Below are positions 1 to 12,130 of a stretch of DNA of 64,000 nucleotides, in pieces (the stretch's first letter is position 1; each line of letters starts with the position of its first letter). The notes beneath the pieces are model-generated. The model saw nothing but the letters and a program-made list of their open reading frames with translations, did no database searches and had not been told where the DNA came from. The position numbers were made by a program, and so were the translations under genes. The DNA is from Eledone cirrhosa (taxonomy: Eukaryota). Location: positions 294,376,001-294,440,000 of the forward strand of contig OZ024742.1 in NCBI GenBank assembly GCA_964016885.1, given 5' to 3'.

Positions 1-2896
1 TACCTACACCTTTCCTACATACTGAGCAAGGCCATTTCCCTGAGGGGATCTGGGTTCTGTTTTCTCGTCTACTTACAAGGACCTTAGTCTTTGTCATGTT
101 GACTTTGAGACCCTTTCTTTCTAGTCCCTGCTTCCATGTTTGGAATTTCTTCTCTAGTTCTACCATAGATTCAGCTATAAGTGCGAGGTCACCAGCATAC
201 AGGAGTTCCCATGGGCATCCGGTCTTAAACTCCTCCGTTATTGCCTGCAGGACTATGATGAATAGGAGAGGGCTAAGAACAGAGCCCGGGTGGACCCCAA
301 CCTGTACGCTTAATTCCTCGCTATACTCATTGCTAATTCTAACTTTGCTGACTGCTCTCCTATACATGGCTTGTACAGCTTTCACAAGCCATTCATCTAC
401 TCCTAGTTTTCTAAGAGCCCACCAGATTACAGCACGTGGAACTCTGTCAAAGGCTTTCTCGAGATCGACGAATGTCAGGTAGAGTGACTTACTTTTAGCT
501 AGGTACTTTTCCTGTAACTGCCTCACAAGGTGGTTATAGTGTGACCTACAGACCCAGATGCCTTCAGCATCTCGGCAGCTATACCCGATGGACCGGTTGC
601 CTTCCCCATCTTCATATCTTTGATTGCCTTACTTACTACGCTGCTGCTGACTTGTACTGCTGGCCCCTCTATAGGGTCTACTTGGGGTAGGGTCTCTTCT
701 TCCCATGCATTCTCCTCATTTAGTAATCTATCATAATGACTCTTCCATGCATCTTTCTTCTCAGCACTTGTGAGGGCAAGCTCACCTTTATCATTCCGGA
801 TACACTTCTCTCCAATGACATCACAATTCTCTCTGACACACTGCCTCGCAATCTTGAACACCTCCTGTTTCTGGTCCTCACGTTGCAAAACATGCTTGAA
901 TTTTTTCTATCCTCTGCTTCCCTCCTAGCTAAGTATACTTGTCGCCTAGCTTCCCTCTTGGTCTCTATGTAATGTACCCTGCTCCCCCCGTTCTTCCATT
1001 CTTTCCATGCCTGTCTCTTGGCCTTAACTGCCTCATCTACCTTATTGTTCCACCACCAAGTCACTCTCCTCCTGCTTGTGGTCTTACTCCAGCCACAGAC
1101 CTCATCCGTCGCCTCTAGTAAGTTATTTTTTAGGAACTCCCAGTGCTCTTCTACATTGAATGTCTCTATCTCTCTATCTGTTCTTCTTTACTGTCGTAGG
1201 CGTTGAGTAAAATATCTTTAAACCTGTTACTGGCTGAGGGATCTTTCAGCTTCCAGGTTGGCCTCTGTTTCCATGTTCATCTAGTTCTGACCATGAGGTC
1301 GCTGACAACTAAGCTATGTTGGGAGGTACATTCCTCACTAGGGAAGGCTTTTGTGTTTACGACCGTCCATCTGTCACGTCCTCTGATGAGGATAAAATCT
1401 ATCTGACTAGAATGCTCCCCTGATCTATAGGTGATCAGGTGGTTGTCGGGTTTTTTGAAGTTTGTGTTACATATCGACATATCATTGGCTCGCAGAATTC
1501 TAGAAGTCTGAATCCTTCATTTCTTGTGCCAACCCCATGGCCTCCATGGACTCTATTGAAGCCGACACAGTGTTTACCTACATTTCCGTTAAAATCTCCT
1601 GCGATGATTAGGAAGTCATTGTCGTTTGTTAGAGCAGTAGTGTGCATTAGGGACTCGTAAAATCTATCCTTAAGTTCGTCTGGCAACCCCGATTGGGGTG
1701 CGTAAGCTGATATTATTGTGGTAATTGTTTTATTCAGGACTAGTCTGAGTTTAATGATTCTTGCATTTATCCTGTACACTGAGATTACTTTATTTACCCA
1801 CTTGTCAGCTAGTAGTATACCTACACCACCCATCCCATCGTCATTTCCCACCCAGAAAAATTTGTAGCACCGACTTTTTCCTACAAGGACTCTAGCAGAC
1901 TCTCCTCTCCATCTAGTCTCTTGCACACAGCATACATCAATTTCCTTTCGCTCTAGCATTTCTACGATTTCTCCTGCTCTTCTTTTCATTGTGCTTACAT
2001 TGATGGTACCAACTCGGAGTTTTGGGCATTTGTCGACACTCGTAGCAAAGGATCGATTTTTGCAGGGGTGTGTGTGTTCTTCCTCTCTCTGGATTGGGGC
2101 TTCACATGGGTGCTTGGTAGCTCGCGGATTCATATTCATTTCATCTATTAATTCAGAGTTGCTCCAATTTATTCTCTGCTCATCCATCCATAACGGTAGG
2201 AAAATTCAGGGCTAGAAGAACAGTGGTGGTGGTAAAAATGGCAGGGTGTGTTGGGCTGGGACGGGGGAGGAGAGAGTTAGGTAGTAGTAGTAGTAATAGT
2301 AGTAGAAGAAATGGCATGCTGAGGTTTGATTGGTCGAATAGGCTATGGTGATGTGAGGGGCTGGGTGGGGTAGGCAGCCAGTCATGTCATCAAAATAACC
2401 TATAGAAGTGAATGCAGCATGGCAAGATAACCGATAGAAATGAATACAGCTACAATAATAATAGCCAGTCATGGCCTGTAGCCTTTGATGGAAAAATAGA
2501 CAGAGACAGAGTCAGCATGGTAGGGGAAAATGAGGATAACAAAATAAATGTGTTGTGGTAGCTGAAATACCTGACAAGATTTGTATGGATGGATGGCTGG
2601 AACGTAGCTAAATCAACTCGTGATTCATTTTAGCCTTTCAGAGTAGAGTGTGTCTTATCTCTTCAATAACTTCAAGATGAGTGAGGAGGAATGGGTGAAG
2701 AGGGAACGGGAGGTAATAGGTGGCTTAGAGATAGATAGAGAGAGGGTCGCTGTCAAGGCTAACAAACTAACCCGATAGAATACAGCATGGCAAAGTAGCC
2801 GATAGAATACAGCAACAATAATATTAATAATAGTCAGTCATGGCCTGTAGCCTTTGATGGAAAAATAGACAGAGACAGAGTCAGCATGGTAGGGGA
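1..2896 (-). mobile_element. Degraded RTE-clade LINE (APE endonuclease 1203-2187 plus RT fragments; runs off the window start); putative 5' UTR with ~100-bp direct repeat (2430-2527 / 2799-2896)
   Basis: GTINVSTM, CVQETRW, SAYAPQ, AGDFNG and QIDFIL motifs; homologous to the 12160 ORF but with frameshifts and an internal RT deletion near 525. 5' UTR limit is uncertain. Confidence 0.85.
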
Positions 2897-3082
2897 TATT
2901 TATCTAAAAAAACCTCTGTCATAATTTCATGCAAGAACCTTGATAATGAGAAAGTTATATTATTAAATCCCTCAAAATTCTTGATTATTTAAAACATTAT
3001 ATTGAAAATTAAAGGCTGTGTCTTTTATTAGAAATATGGTCAATGAAAGGCCTAATATGTTCATATCTAAAGTGAAACTGCC

Positions 3083-3470
3083 TATTGTCGGATCTCGAAT
3101 AATGCCCCCTGCTTATTTTTCAGGCAGACCCACCCCCTGCTCCGTTTATTAAATTCTGCTAATCTATCTCTGGTGAAATTTTATTTTAAGTGGTAGCATT
3201 CCTGCGACAGTTTTCTTTAGATATTGAAAAAACATTGTACATGACAAAAAAGTACATTACTAGAAATTCCATATGTTATAAAGTAAATACGAATGGTTAG
3301 GGGGTTTCAATAGGTAAACTAAACGACTAATTCTAGTTTAAAAAAAAAAAACAATGCAGACAATCTAGAAAAATTACCGATTTTACAACCTCCTTTCTCG
3401 CTTATTCCATCTCCCCTGCTTATGCCCCCTCCCACTTGTTCCACCTTCTATTATTGGGGATCCGAGAGTA
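3083..3470. mobile_element. MITE-like non-autonomous DNA transposon; related copies at 20794-20868 and ~46455-46702
   Basis: Degenerate TIR tattgtcggatctcgaataa / ttattggggatccgagagta; the short copy has a perfect 11-bp TIR actctcaggtc/gacctgagagt; internal sequence recurs near 46460. Confidence 0.5.
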
Positions 3471-4057
3471 TGTGTAATTCTATGTAAGAATATTTTGTTT
3501 TGTTCCAGATATCAGATTAATAGTGACAAAAAGTTTCCAAACTTTGATTAATTTAAAATTTAATTCTGAAATATAGGCATAACTACATTTCCATGGAAAT
3601 ATGATAATGAAAAGATTAAACCACTAGTTGTGTATTAGACTGTTAAATATAGTTTCACTCACTTTAGTCTCTCTCGGGGAAATAATTTCAAAATATAAAA
3701 GCCATGAGTTGTTTTGTAGCTTCATTAAATCTTGGGAAAACAGATTTTCAACTGTTGTGGTGGGAATTGGTGGTTGTAGTGAGAGTGAGTGGTTCTGGGT
3801 TGTAGTGGTGGTGGTGGTAATCGCAATAGTGGTGCTAGTTATAGTAGCAGTTTGAGGTGAATGTTGGTTGTGGTAGTTGCAGTATTTGTGTTAGTAGTGG
3901 TGATAGTCATAGTTTATTCAGTACACACTGTAAAATGGTAGTGCTGGTGTCATGATAAAATGCACTCAGTACACTGTAAAATAGTCATGTTGGAACCATG
4001 ATAAATTGCACTCAGTGCACTCTGTAAAATGGTAGTGCTGGTGCCATAAAATGCATA

Positions 4058-6447
4058 TAATAATAATAATAATGAAATTATTGTGTACAGTGCTCAGGTG
4101 CACTACAACTCATCAAAGGTGCATGTATAGTACATAGAATAATGTACAAATGTCAGGAAAATGAACAGTGTACGAGTCATGATATAATAATAAGAATAAT
4201 GAAATATTGTGTACAGTGCCCAGGTGCACCACAACTCATCAAAAAAGTGCATGTACAGTACATAGGGCAATGCACAAACATCAGTAAAATGAACAGTGCA
4301 CGAGTCATGATACACACATGTGTGCATGTGCATGGAAGGGGTACATCAGGTGTAGTTTTGGCGTATTTCGGGAAGCATGAGTGTCTTAAAGGATGCAGTG
4401 TCTCGGCAGCTAACAACTGACGCAGGCAGTTTGTTCCATGCTTCAGCAACTCTGAGCGTGAAAAAATGTCTACGAAAGTCATGGGAGCTGTGCTGTTTTC
4501 TGATCTTGTAGGCATGTCCACGTGTGTTAGACACATGGAGATCAAAGAGGCGCTCAGGGTTGCAATTGGCGAGATGGTTAAAAACTTTATGGGTATTCAC
4601 CAAGTCCATTGCCAGACGTCGGAGCTTCAATGAATCCATGCCCAGGGAAGCAAGGTGTTCAGAGTATGGTAGGTGTCTGATGGAGGGTATGCGCTTGGTT
4701 GCACGTCTCTGAACAGTTTCCAGGAGGTCAATGTTCTGAGCAAGATAGGGGTTCCAGACTGATGATGCGAATTCCAAGTGTGGTCGTACCATAGCTGTAT
4801 ACAGTTTTAAATAGATGGCTGGAGAGCGGCTAACAAAGGCCTTGCTGAGTGATGCCAAGACACCCTCGGCCTTCTTGACAATCTTAGAGACATGCTTTGT
4901 CCAACGCAAATCGTTGCTGACAGTAATGCCCAGGTCACGTTCACAAGAGGACTTTTTGATATCAGTGTTGTGGAGGGAGTATGTGGACGCTGGATTTTTC
5001 CTTCCAAAATGCATGGTGGTACACTTGTCCACAGCCAGCTTCAGTTGCCAGTCTGTGATCCATTGCTGCATTGTGTCCAGGTCTGATTGTAGGAAAGAGT
5101 TGTAAATTTCAGGATCAGTCCTTTTGATTTCAAGGTACAGCTTGATGTCATCTGCATATTTTAGTACCGTGGCATTCTGTAAGTTGGCATCTATGTCATT
5201 AATATATGCCACAAACAAAAGAGGACCAAGAACAGATCCCTGTGGTACACCAGATGACATCTCATATGGTGAAGAATGCTGTCCTAGAACCGTGACTACT
5301 TCCTTTCGGCTGAGAATGAAGGATTTCAGCCAGTCGAAAAGATCATCCCTCACACCCATTGCAGAGAGTTTTGCCATAAGTCTTTTGTGTGGCACAGAAT
5401 TAAAAGCCTTAGCAAAGTCAAGGTAAACAACATCCACCCATGAGCTGCTGTCAGTGATCTGGGTGATGTCCTCAAGGAACTCGATAAGCTGATCACAGCA
5501 ACTGGAGTTAGGGATAAATCTAAACTGTGAGGGCCGGATGAGGCTGTGAGAGCTCCAGAAGTTCCAAAGTGTTTCTCTGACACAGGATTCCATCAGTTTG
5601 GCCATACAGCTAGTAAGACTGACTGGACGATAGTTGACAGGTGACATGCGGTTGCCCTTTTTGAACAGGGGAATGACACTGGCAGTTTTCCACTGCTCCG
5701 GAGTAGCACCATTGCTGAGACAGTATTGAAAGAAAAAAGAAAGTTGGCGCAAAAGGAAATACCCGCCACGTTTGAGAAGCAGGTATGTCACACCATCAAG
5801 ACCAGGGGAGGCATAGTTGCGCTTATTCTTAAGGTGACGTCGCAACATTGCAGGTGTAAATTCCATAGTTGTTATGGAATTTGATGTTAGAGATGGTGGA
5901 GATGGTACATTCTGGTTTTCAACAGTAAAAATACTTGCATAGCACTCAGCAATGAGTTCTGCGCATTCCTTGGGATCGTCAGTGATCTGGCTTGTGTGGG
6001 GATTGCGAAGAGGACCAACTGGAGAGTGAGGTCTCTGCTTTGAATGAACATATTTCCAGAACACCTTACTGTCAGGATTGGTTGCGATGCACTGTTCAAA
6101 TTCAAGCACTGCCTTCTTTGTCACTTGCTTGAGATGGTTAGAAGATTTATTCCGCTTTTTTCTGTTGGCATCTGATCTGTGCAGTTTATATTCCCGTTCA
6201 GCGTTCCGACGTTCTTTCCTGGCAAGTCGGACCACTGAAGTTTCCCAGATTGCACTTTTGGGGTGGTTATTTTCCGCTTCCGTGGCACTGATGCTGCACA
6301 TGCTATCCATATTGTGTCCACGATGCTCTGGAGTATAGAGTTCACATCTCCAGAGTTATACATCTCATGCCAGTTTGGGTGCTGTAGCTCAGTGCAGTAC
6401 AAGTTCCAATCCGCCCTCTTCCAATCAAAGCAAGCAGATTGGATATG
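4058..6447 (-). mobile_element. 5'-truncated CR1-group LINE, copy A (RT domain intact)
   Basis: [27 protein letters not shown] and KYADD in ORF 4346-6310; (ATT)n tail; near-identical to 17690-20078. Confidence 0.93.
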
Positions 6448-6822
6448 CTTTAAAGTGATTGACATTAGGTAAAAAGAAGTCAGCATCCACCATGGAGAAT
6501 CAAACTCTGTATCTCTCGAATTCTGGCCATATGCTTTTACCATCAAACTAAGAAGTGACTGACAACTAATCCTGTCAAATTTAGATAGCTTTACTGAATA
6601 TCTTACATTTGGATGTAAACAAGTCCTATAAATTATTGAAGTGCTGGGTGGATTTGAAATTTGAATTGATTAAAATGTTTTGGGTCATTTAAACGTAAAA
6701 CAGAATTCAATGTTTGATTTTTACTCCACTATTACCATTCACCACCATCACCACTACCTGGCAACCCTTTTCATAACAATCCTCTGCTTCTATGAAATAA
6801 AACTACCCATTTTAAAGGCTTA

Positions 6823-9800
6823 TCTATATATATAAAACTGAGGATGTCTGTCTGTGTGTGTGTTTGAATCCCGAAAACTAGAGAAGCACCCAACCGACTG
6901 TTTTCAAACTTTACACATGTAATACTTATATTTCAGGGAATGTTCTGAGCAAAAAAAATTTCAAATTTTCAATGCTCTAGGTACTGCATTAGGCGATTTA
7001 ACGATCTCTCTCTCTATAATTCTTAGACTTTCTCTTTTTAGATAGATATCTTTCTTTATTTGCCACAGGGGCGTACAAAAATGGGACATTACAAGACGTG
7101 ACGGCGGGGGTTTTACATAAAAATAACTTTAACATTAATAAATAACAATAAACTATATATAATAAAATAACAATTGAAATCCCCAATAGGAGGGAACGTT
7201 ACTGTAGGGTTGTTTTACACCCCATGTATAGAACAACCCTCAACACCAGGAACACGTTTTGTAAGTGTTCCTGTCTTCTCTATGTTTATCTTCCTCAACC
7301 TACAGGTTTATATACAAAGAAGGCCCATTCACTTGGGCCATTTTTACCACATTCGCCCACCTTTCAGCGAATTTACTGGGGTGTATCACCTCTCTCTCCA
7401 CTCTCACCTTCCTTCTGAAGTGATACTTAAAGAAGGGGATAAGTTGTTGTCCGGAGAGAAAGGTCTTTGCCCTCAGTCCTTTTAACCTCGTCCACCATAT
7501 TACCTCTTTCGCCATAGCCACCAGACAGGAAAACCGCCTCTCCTCTGTTCTGAAATGAAGGCGGCGGGGTGATCCTCACGATGGACTCGGCTGACAACTG
7601 GATGCGTTCCACACGTGACAGCAGCTGTTCGACATAATTCCACAGGTCGGTCACCCTTGGGCACTGAACAATTGCGTGCAGAACGGTTTCGATGTCCTGC
7701 TCGCATCTTGGACAGGTCCTTTTGGCAGGATCTCTGCCAGGGCGTCCGTGCCTGTAGATTTTGTCTCGAACTGGTAGAGCTCCTCGGTAGCATTGCCAGG
7801 CCAGAGACCTCTGGAAGTTATCCATAGGCTCTGGACGGAAAGTCCTCCCGAACAGACTGGTCAGTTTGTCCTCCTCGATGCCTAGAGTTTCCCCGAGAAC
7901 GTCGTCGCACTTATCCTCCACTAATCCCCTATAGAATGTCGAAGTAGATTCTCCGCTGATTGCCGTTTCCGCTTGGTAGAGGGCTGTGAGCGCCTGTAGG
8001 CACTCGAGGTGCCAGGCTCCCATTTTCGGTCTTCGCTTGACCCAGGACTGCAGCTCTGTTAGTGAGACGAGTTGTGGAAGAGCTTGTCTCACAAACGACA
8101 GCCACGCTGGTTCACCAGTCAGGAATACCTGGAGATGGCGTAGTCTCAGCGCATGTTTGCGCATCATCAGCCACGGCATGCCCAGCCCTCCGTTAGAAGG
8201 GTGTTGACAGCAGATGGATCTCCTCACCAATGGAGCTTGTTTCTTCCAGAGGAACTTGAAGAGTAGGCGTTCCATTTTGGTAAGGTATTCGCGGGGGCAA
8301 GGCACGACTATCAAGTGGTAGTAGATGACGGACGCTATGTAAGTGTTCACCACCTCCGCTCGACCTTTCAAGGAGAGTTTGCACTCAGCCCACTTCTGGG
8401 TGAGTGCAAACACCTTCGCCGTGACCCCAGAGCAATTTCACCGGTCCTTCCGTCCAGCATCCAACGACACTGTCGGAAGGCATGGGTTTGCCTCTCCATG
8501 TGCTGAGTTGCAAACCGACAGACTTGTTTGGGTTTAGTCTTGCTCGTATTCCTGTAATAGGTTGCCGATTACCCTGATTTCCGAGGTTTTCGACACCATT
8601 ACGGTTATGTCGTCAGCATAGGCTGACGCTGCTTTCTGCAGTCCTGGTTCGATCGGGATGCCCTGCAAAAGCTCCAATTTCCGCAGTAATGGCTCGAGAG
8701 TCAGTACATACAGAATGGAGGAGAGAGGGAATCCTTGACGGATGGAACGCATGATTTGGAATGGCTCTGATAGGTAGCCATTCACCTTGATTGCCGAGCA
8801 GATGCTGGTGTGCATGGCAGCGATCCAGCCTCTGAAGACGGGACCGAAGCCGGCCGCCTTGAGAACTGCTTCCAAGTATTGATGGTTGACCCTATCAAAT
8901 GCCTTAGACTGATCTAAATTGATCAGAGACCCACCAAAGCCAGGTTTACACTCTACCTTCTCTATGATGTATCGCATGAGGTGAAGGTTGTCGTGTATGG
9001 ACCTGGTCGGGATTGCACACATTTGGGCTTCCCCTACCAGGTTCTCGACGACAAGCGCCAGCCTTGCTGCTAACACCTTGGCCAAAATCTTTAACTCTGT
9101 GTTGAGCAGAGTTATGGGCCTGAAATTGCTTATCTCATCCCCCTTGTTCCATCTTTCCTGATCAGCATTACTACGCCTCTGCCTACAGAACTGGGAATCC
9201 TCCCGTTCTGCTGCCAGTTGCAGTAGACCGCTTTCTCTTTTTAGATACATACATATAACGTTGCGCTCTTATAATATCTGTCTGTATATCTGGCTGTCTG
9301 CATTACGTCACTTCCTTGAGGATGTCTGTCTGTGTGTGTGTCTGTGAGTTTGAATCCCTAAAGTACCCAACCGGTTCTTTTCAAACTTTACATGTGTATT
9401 ACTTATGTTTCAGGGAGTGTTAGGCACATAAAAAATGCAATATTTTGATCTCCTAGGGTCCGTATTAGGTGAAAAACTGTGTTTTTTCAGGTTTTTAGGG
9501 GTTATTTGATGCGTTACGTCAGACCGATTTCCTTGAAATTGTAACTATGTATTAGTCAGTTTCTTCTTCATACCGTGAGCAAAGAAAATTCAACTTTTTT
9601 ATGGCAGGGCCCGCATTAGGTGAAAAACTTCATTTTTTCAGCTTTTTAGGGTTTTTTGGAGGCGTTACGTCTAGCCACTTTTCCCGAAATTTCAAGGCAT
9701 ATTATGCACATAAAAAAAATTTATTTTCTTGATCCCCTAGGATCCATTAGGTGAAAACCTGAATTTTTCGTGCTTCATCGAGGAAAATCTTAAAGATTAT

Positions 9801-9928
9801 CCAGCCATCAGAGTATTCGGTTTATTTTCTTTACATATTGTCCAGGCATGTAGTTTTTCCACGATTAGGTCTGTTGGCGGCCCGCGTTCCAAAATACCTT
9901 ATCCTGTGCAACACCGTACCATTACTAG
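6823..9928 (+). mobile_element. Non-autonomous Helitron-like element, copy 1 (interrupted by a Tx1/L1 insertion)
   Basis: 5' TC start (a|tctatatatataaaactgaggatgtc), 3' CTAG|t end, A^T target, no TSD; homologous to 10782-11799. Confidence 0.7.
7045..9230 (-). mobile_element. 5'-truncated Tx1/L1-clade LINE with 17-bp target-site duplication
   Basis: NFRPITLLN, LDQSKAFDRV, IRQGFPLS, AYADD, C-terminal CPRC...H...C knuckle; AATAAA at the 3' end; ctttctctttttagata at 7028-7044 and 9231-9247. Confidence 0.9.
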
Positions 9929-10781
9929 TTTAAAATAAAATCTTCCAACATAATTTTATATAAGAAACTTATTAAGTTCAATTGATTGGCCATCAATTAT
10001 AGGTTTGATTCCTGGACAGTGTATTGCATTCTTGAGCAAGAGTCATTTCACATTGCTTTTCAAGAAAGCTCCTATGAGATTCAAGTTTATCTGGACCCCT
10101 AAGACATTGCATTTCATATGCTGTGTGTGATTTGGAGATTTGGCTGCTATTTATAGCATATCAACTGACCTGATGGAGGCTCTCCTGTTGATTTAAGGTT
10201 GTTTAGCCCTAGGTCATCCCTGGTCATACATACGTATGATGAAAAATATTCCAGATGTCCTATCCTTTTGCCAAGTACACAGCACAATGCACTGAGAACC
10301 ACATCATCCATTGTTGTCTTCTTTTCTAGATGACAGGGTGTCATTTTATGTGTAAAAAAAACTGGTGTTGTTTATGTTGCATTCCTTTGTATTCTGTAAC
10401 AGTGGTGCAAAAAATGTTACTGGCTGCCCAGGAAGTGTCAATGTGGAGGGGTTACACTTACTCTCTCTCTCTCACTCACACAAACATGGCTATCAATGCT
10501 CTGTCATTGGTTAGGCCAAGGCTATAGTAGAATAATACTTACTAAAGATGCCATGCAATGGGTTTGAATTCAAAACCACATGGTTGCAAAGCAAACTTGT
10601 TAACCACACAGCTAATGAAAACCAAAAAAAACAACAACAAAAACCATTGAAATTAGTCTTTGGAACTATTTGTCAGTTATATGGTCTGTGTCCTTTTTAA
10701 ACAACAACAAAAATGTGCACAGGAGGATGGTATAGTGATGGTTGTGAAGTACAAGAGTCAGTCAGCTATTATATGATAGAA

Positions 10782-11799
10782 TTAGCAGTGGTACCCGGCG
10801 TTGCACGGGATAAGGTATTTTGGAACGCGGGCCGCCAACAGACGTAATCGTCTTTCAGATTTTCCTTGATGAAGCAGGAAAAATGCAGGTTTTTCCTTAA
10901 TGCGGGCCCTAGGGCATCAAGAAAATGATTTTTTTTTAATGTGCATAATATGCCTTGACATTTCGGGAAAATCAGCTGGATATAACGCCTCAAAATACCC
11001 TTAAAAAGCTTTTCACTTAATGCGGGCCCTAGGGGATCAAAAAGTTGAATTTTTTATGTGCATAATACTCTCTGAAACATAACGCGAGCCGCCAACAGAC
11101 CTAATCGTGGGAAAACTGCATGCCTGGACAATATGTAAAGAAAATAAACCGAATACTCTGATGTAATTAGTATTCCACTAAAAGTTGGATATTCTTTGCT
11201 CATGGTATGAAGAAGAGACTGACTAATACATAGTTACCGGCTTTCATTTTTAGTGTTGTGTGAAATATATAACCGCCTTAGCTAAGCTTAGTATTGCCAC
11301 AACCACGGCTGGCAAAGAAGTAAGGGTCTGGTGGTACGTAAGTAAGCAACACTGTGGCTTAAAACGTGAAGAAGTTGAGTGCACTTACCAACTGTTTGGG
11401 GAATGAGTGTGAGATTTGTCTTGAGCAAGAGTGGCAGAATAACCGGAGGCAGCAAACAGCAGAGATACAGACAGATATTATAAGGGTGCGTTCTGGACGC
11501 AGAAGGAATTGTGGAAGATGACGTAATGCAGACATACAGACAGATATAAGGGCGCAACGTTATATGTATGTATCTATCTAAAAAGAGAAAGACTAAGAAT
11601 TATAGAGAGAGATCGCTAAATCGCCTAATGCGGTCCTTAGGGCATTGAAAATTAGAATTTTCTTTTTGCTCAGAACACTCCCTGAAACATAAGTATTACA
11701 TGTGTAAAGTTTGAAAACAGTCGGTTGGATGGTTCTCGAGTCTTAGGGATTCAAACTCACACACGCACAGACAGACATCCTCAGTTATATATATATAGA
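10782..11799 (-). mobile_element. Non-autonomous Helitron-like element, copy 2
   Basis: Minus strand starts TC, ends CTAA (CTRR) after subterminal hairpin cccgtgcaacgccggg; A^T target; homologous to copy 1. Confidence 0.7.
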
Positions 11800-12069
11800 T
11801 TGTGCTAAAAGTTCCAAATAACAATTGTAAAATAACTTTTAATATTTCTTTTTTTTTTTGCCTGGCAACAACTGGATATATGAAACAACCAATAAAATAA
11901 AGTTTAATAATTAATTGGGATATGTTGTCAGCTAGGATATATATATATTATAGGGTAAAATGACAGGAGGACAGACAAGTTGTATTCCTTGAAATTTTTA
12001 TTACTGCAAACACAATGCACATTTTAGGAAAGACCAATTCTACCCAGTGGTGAACTAGCAAATTTAAGC

Positions 12070-12107
<38 letters not shown>

Positions 12108-12130
12108 TATATATATATATATATATATAT

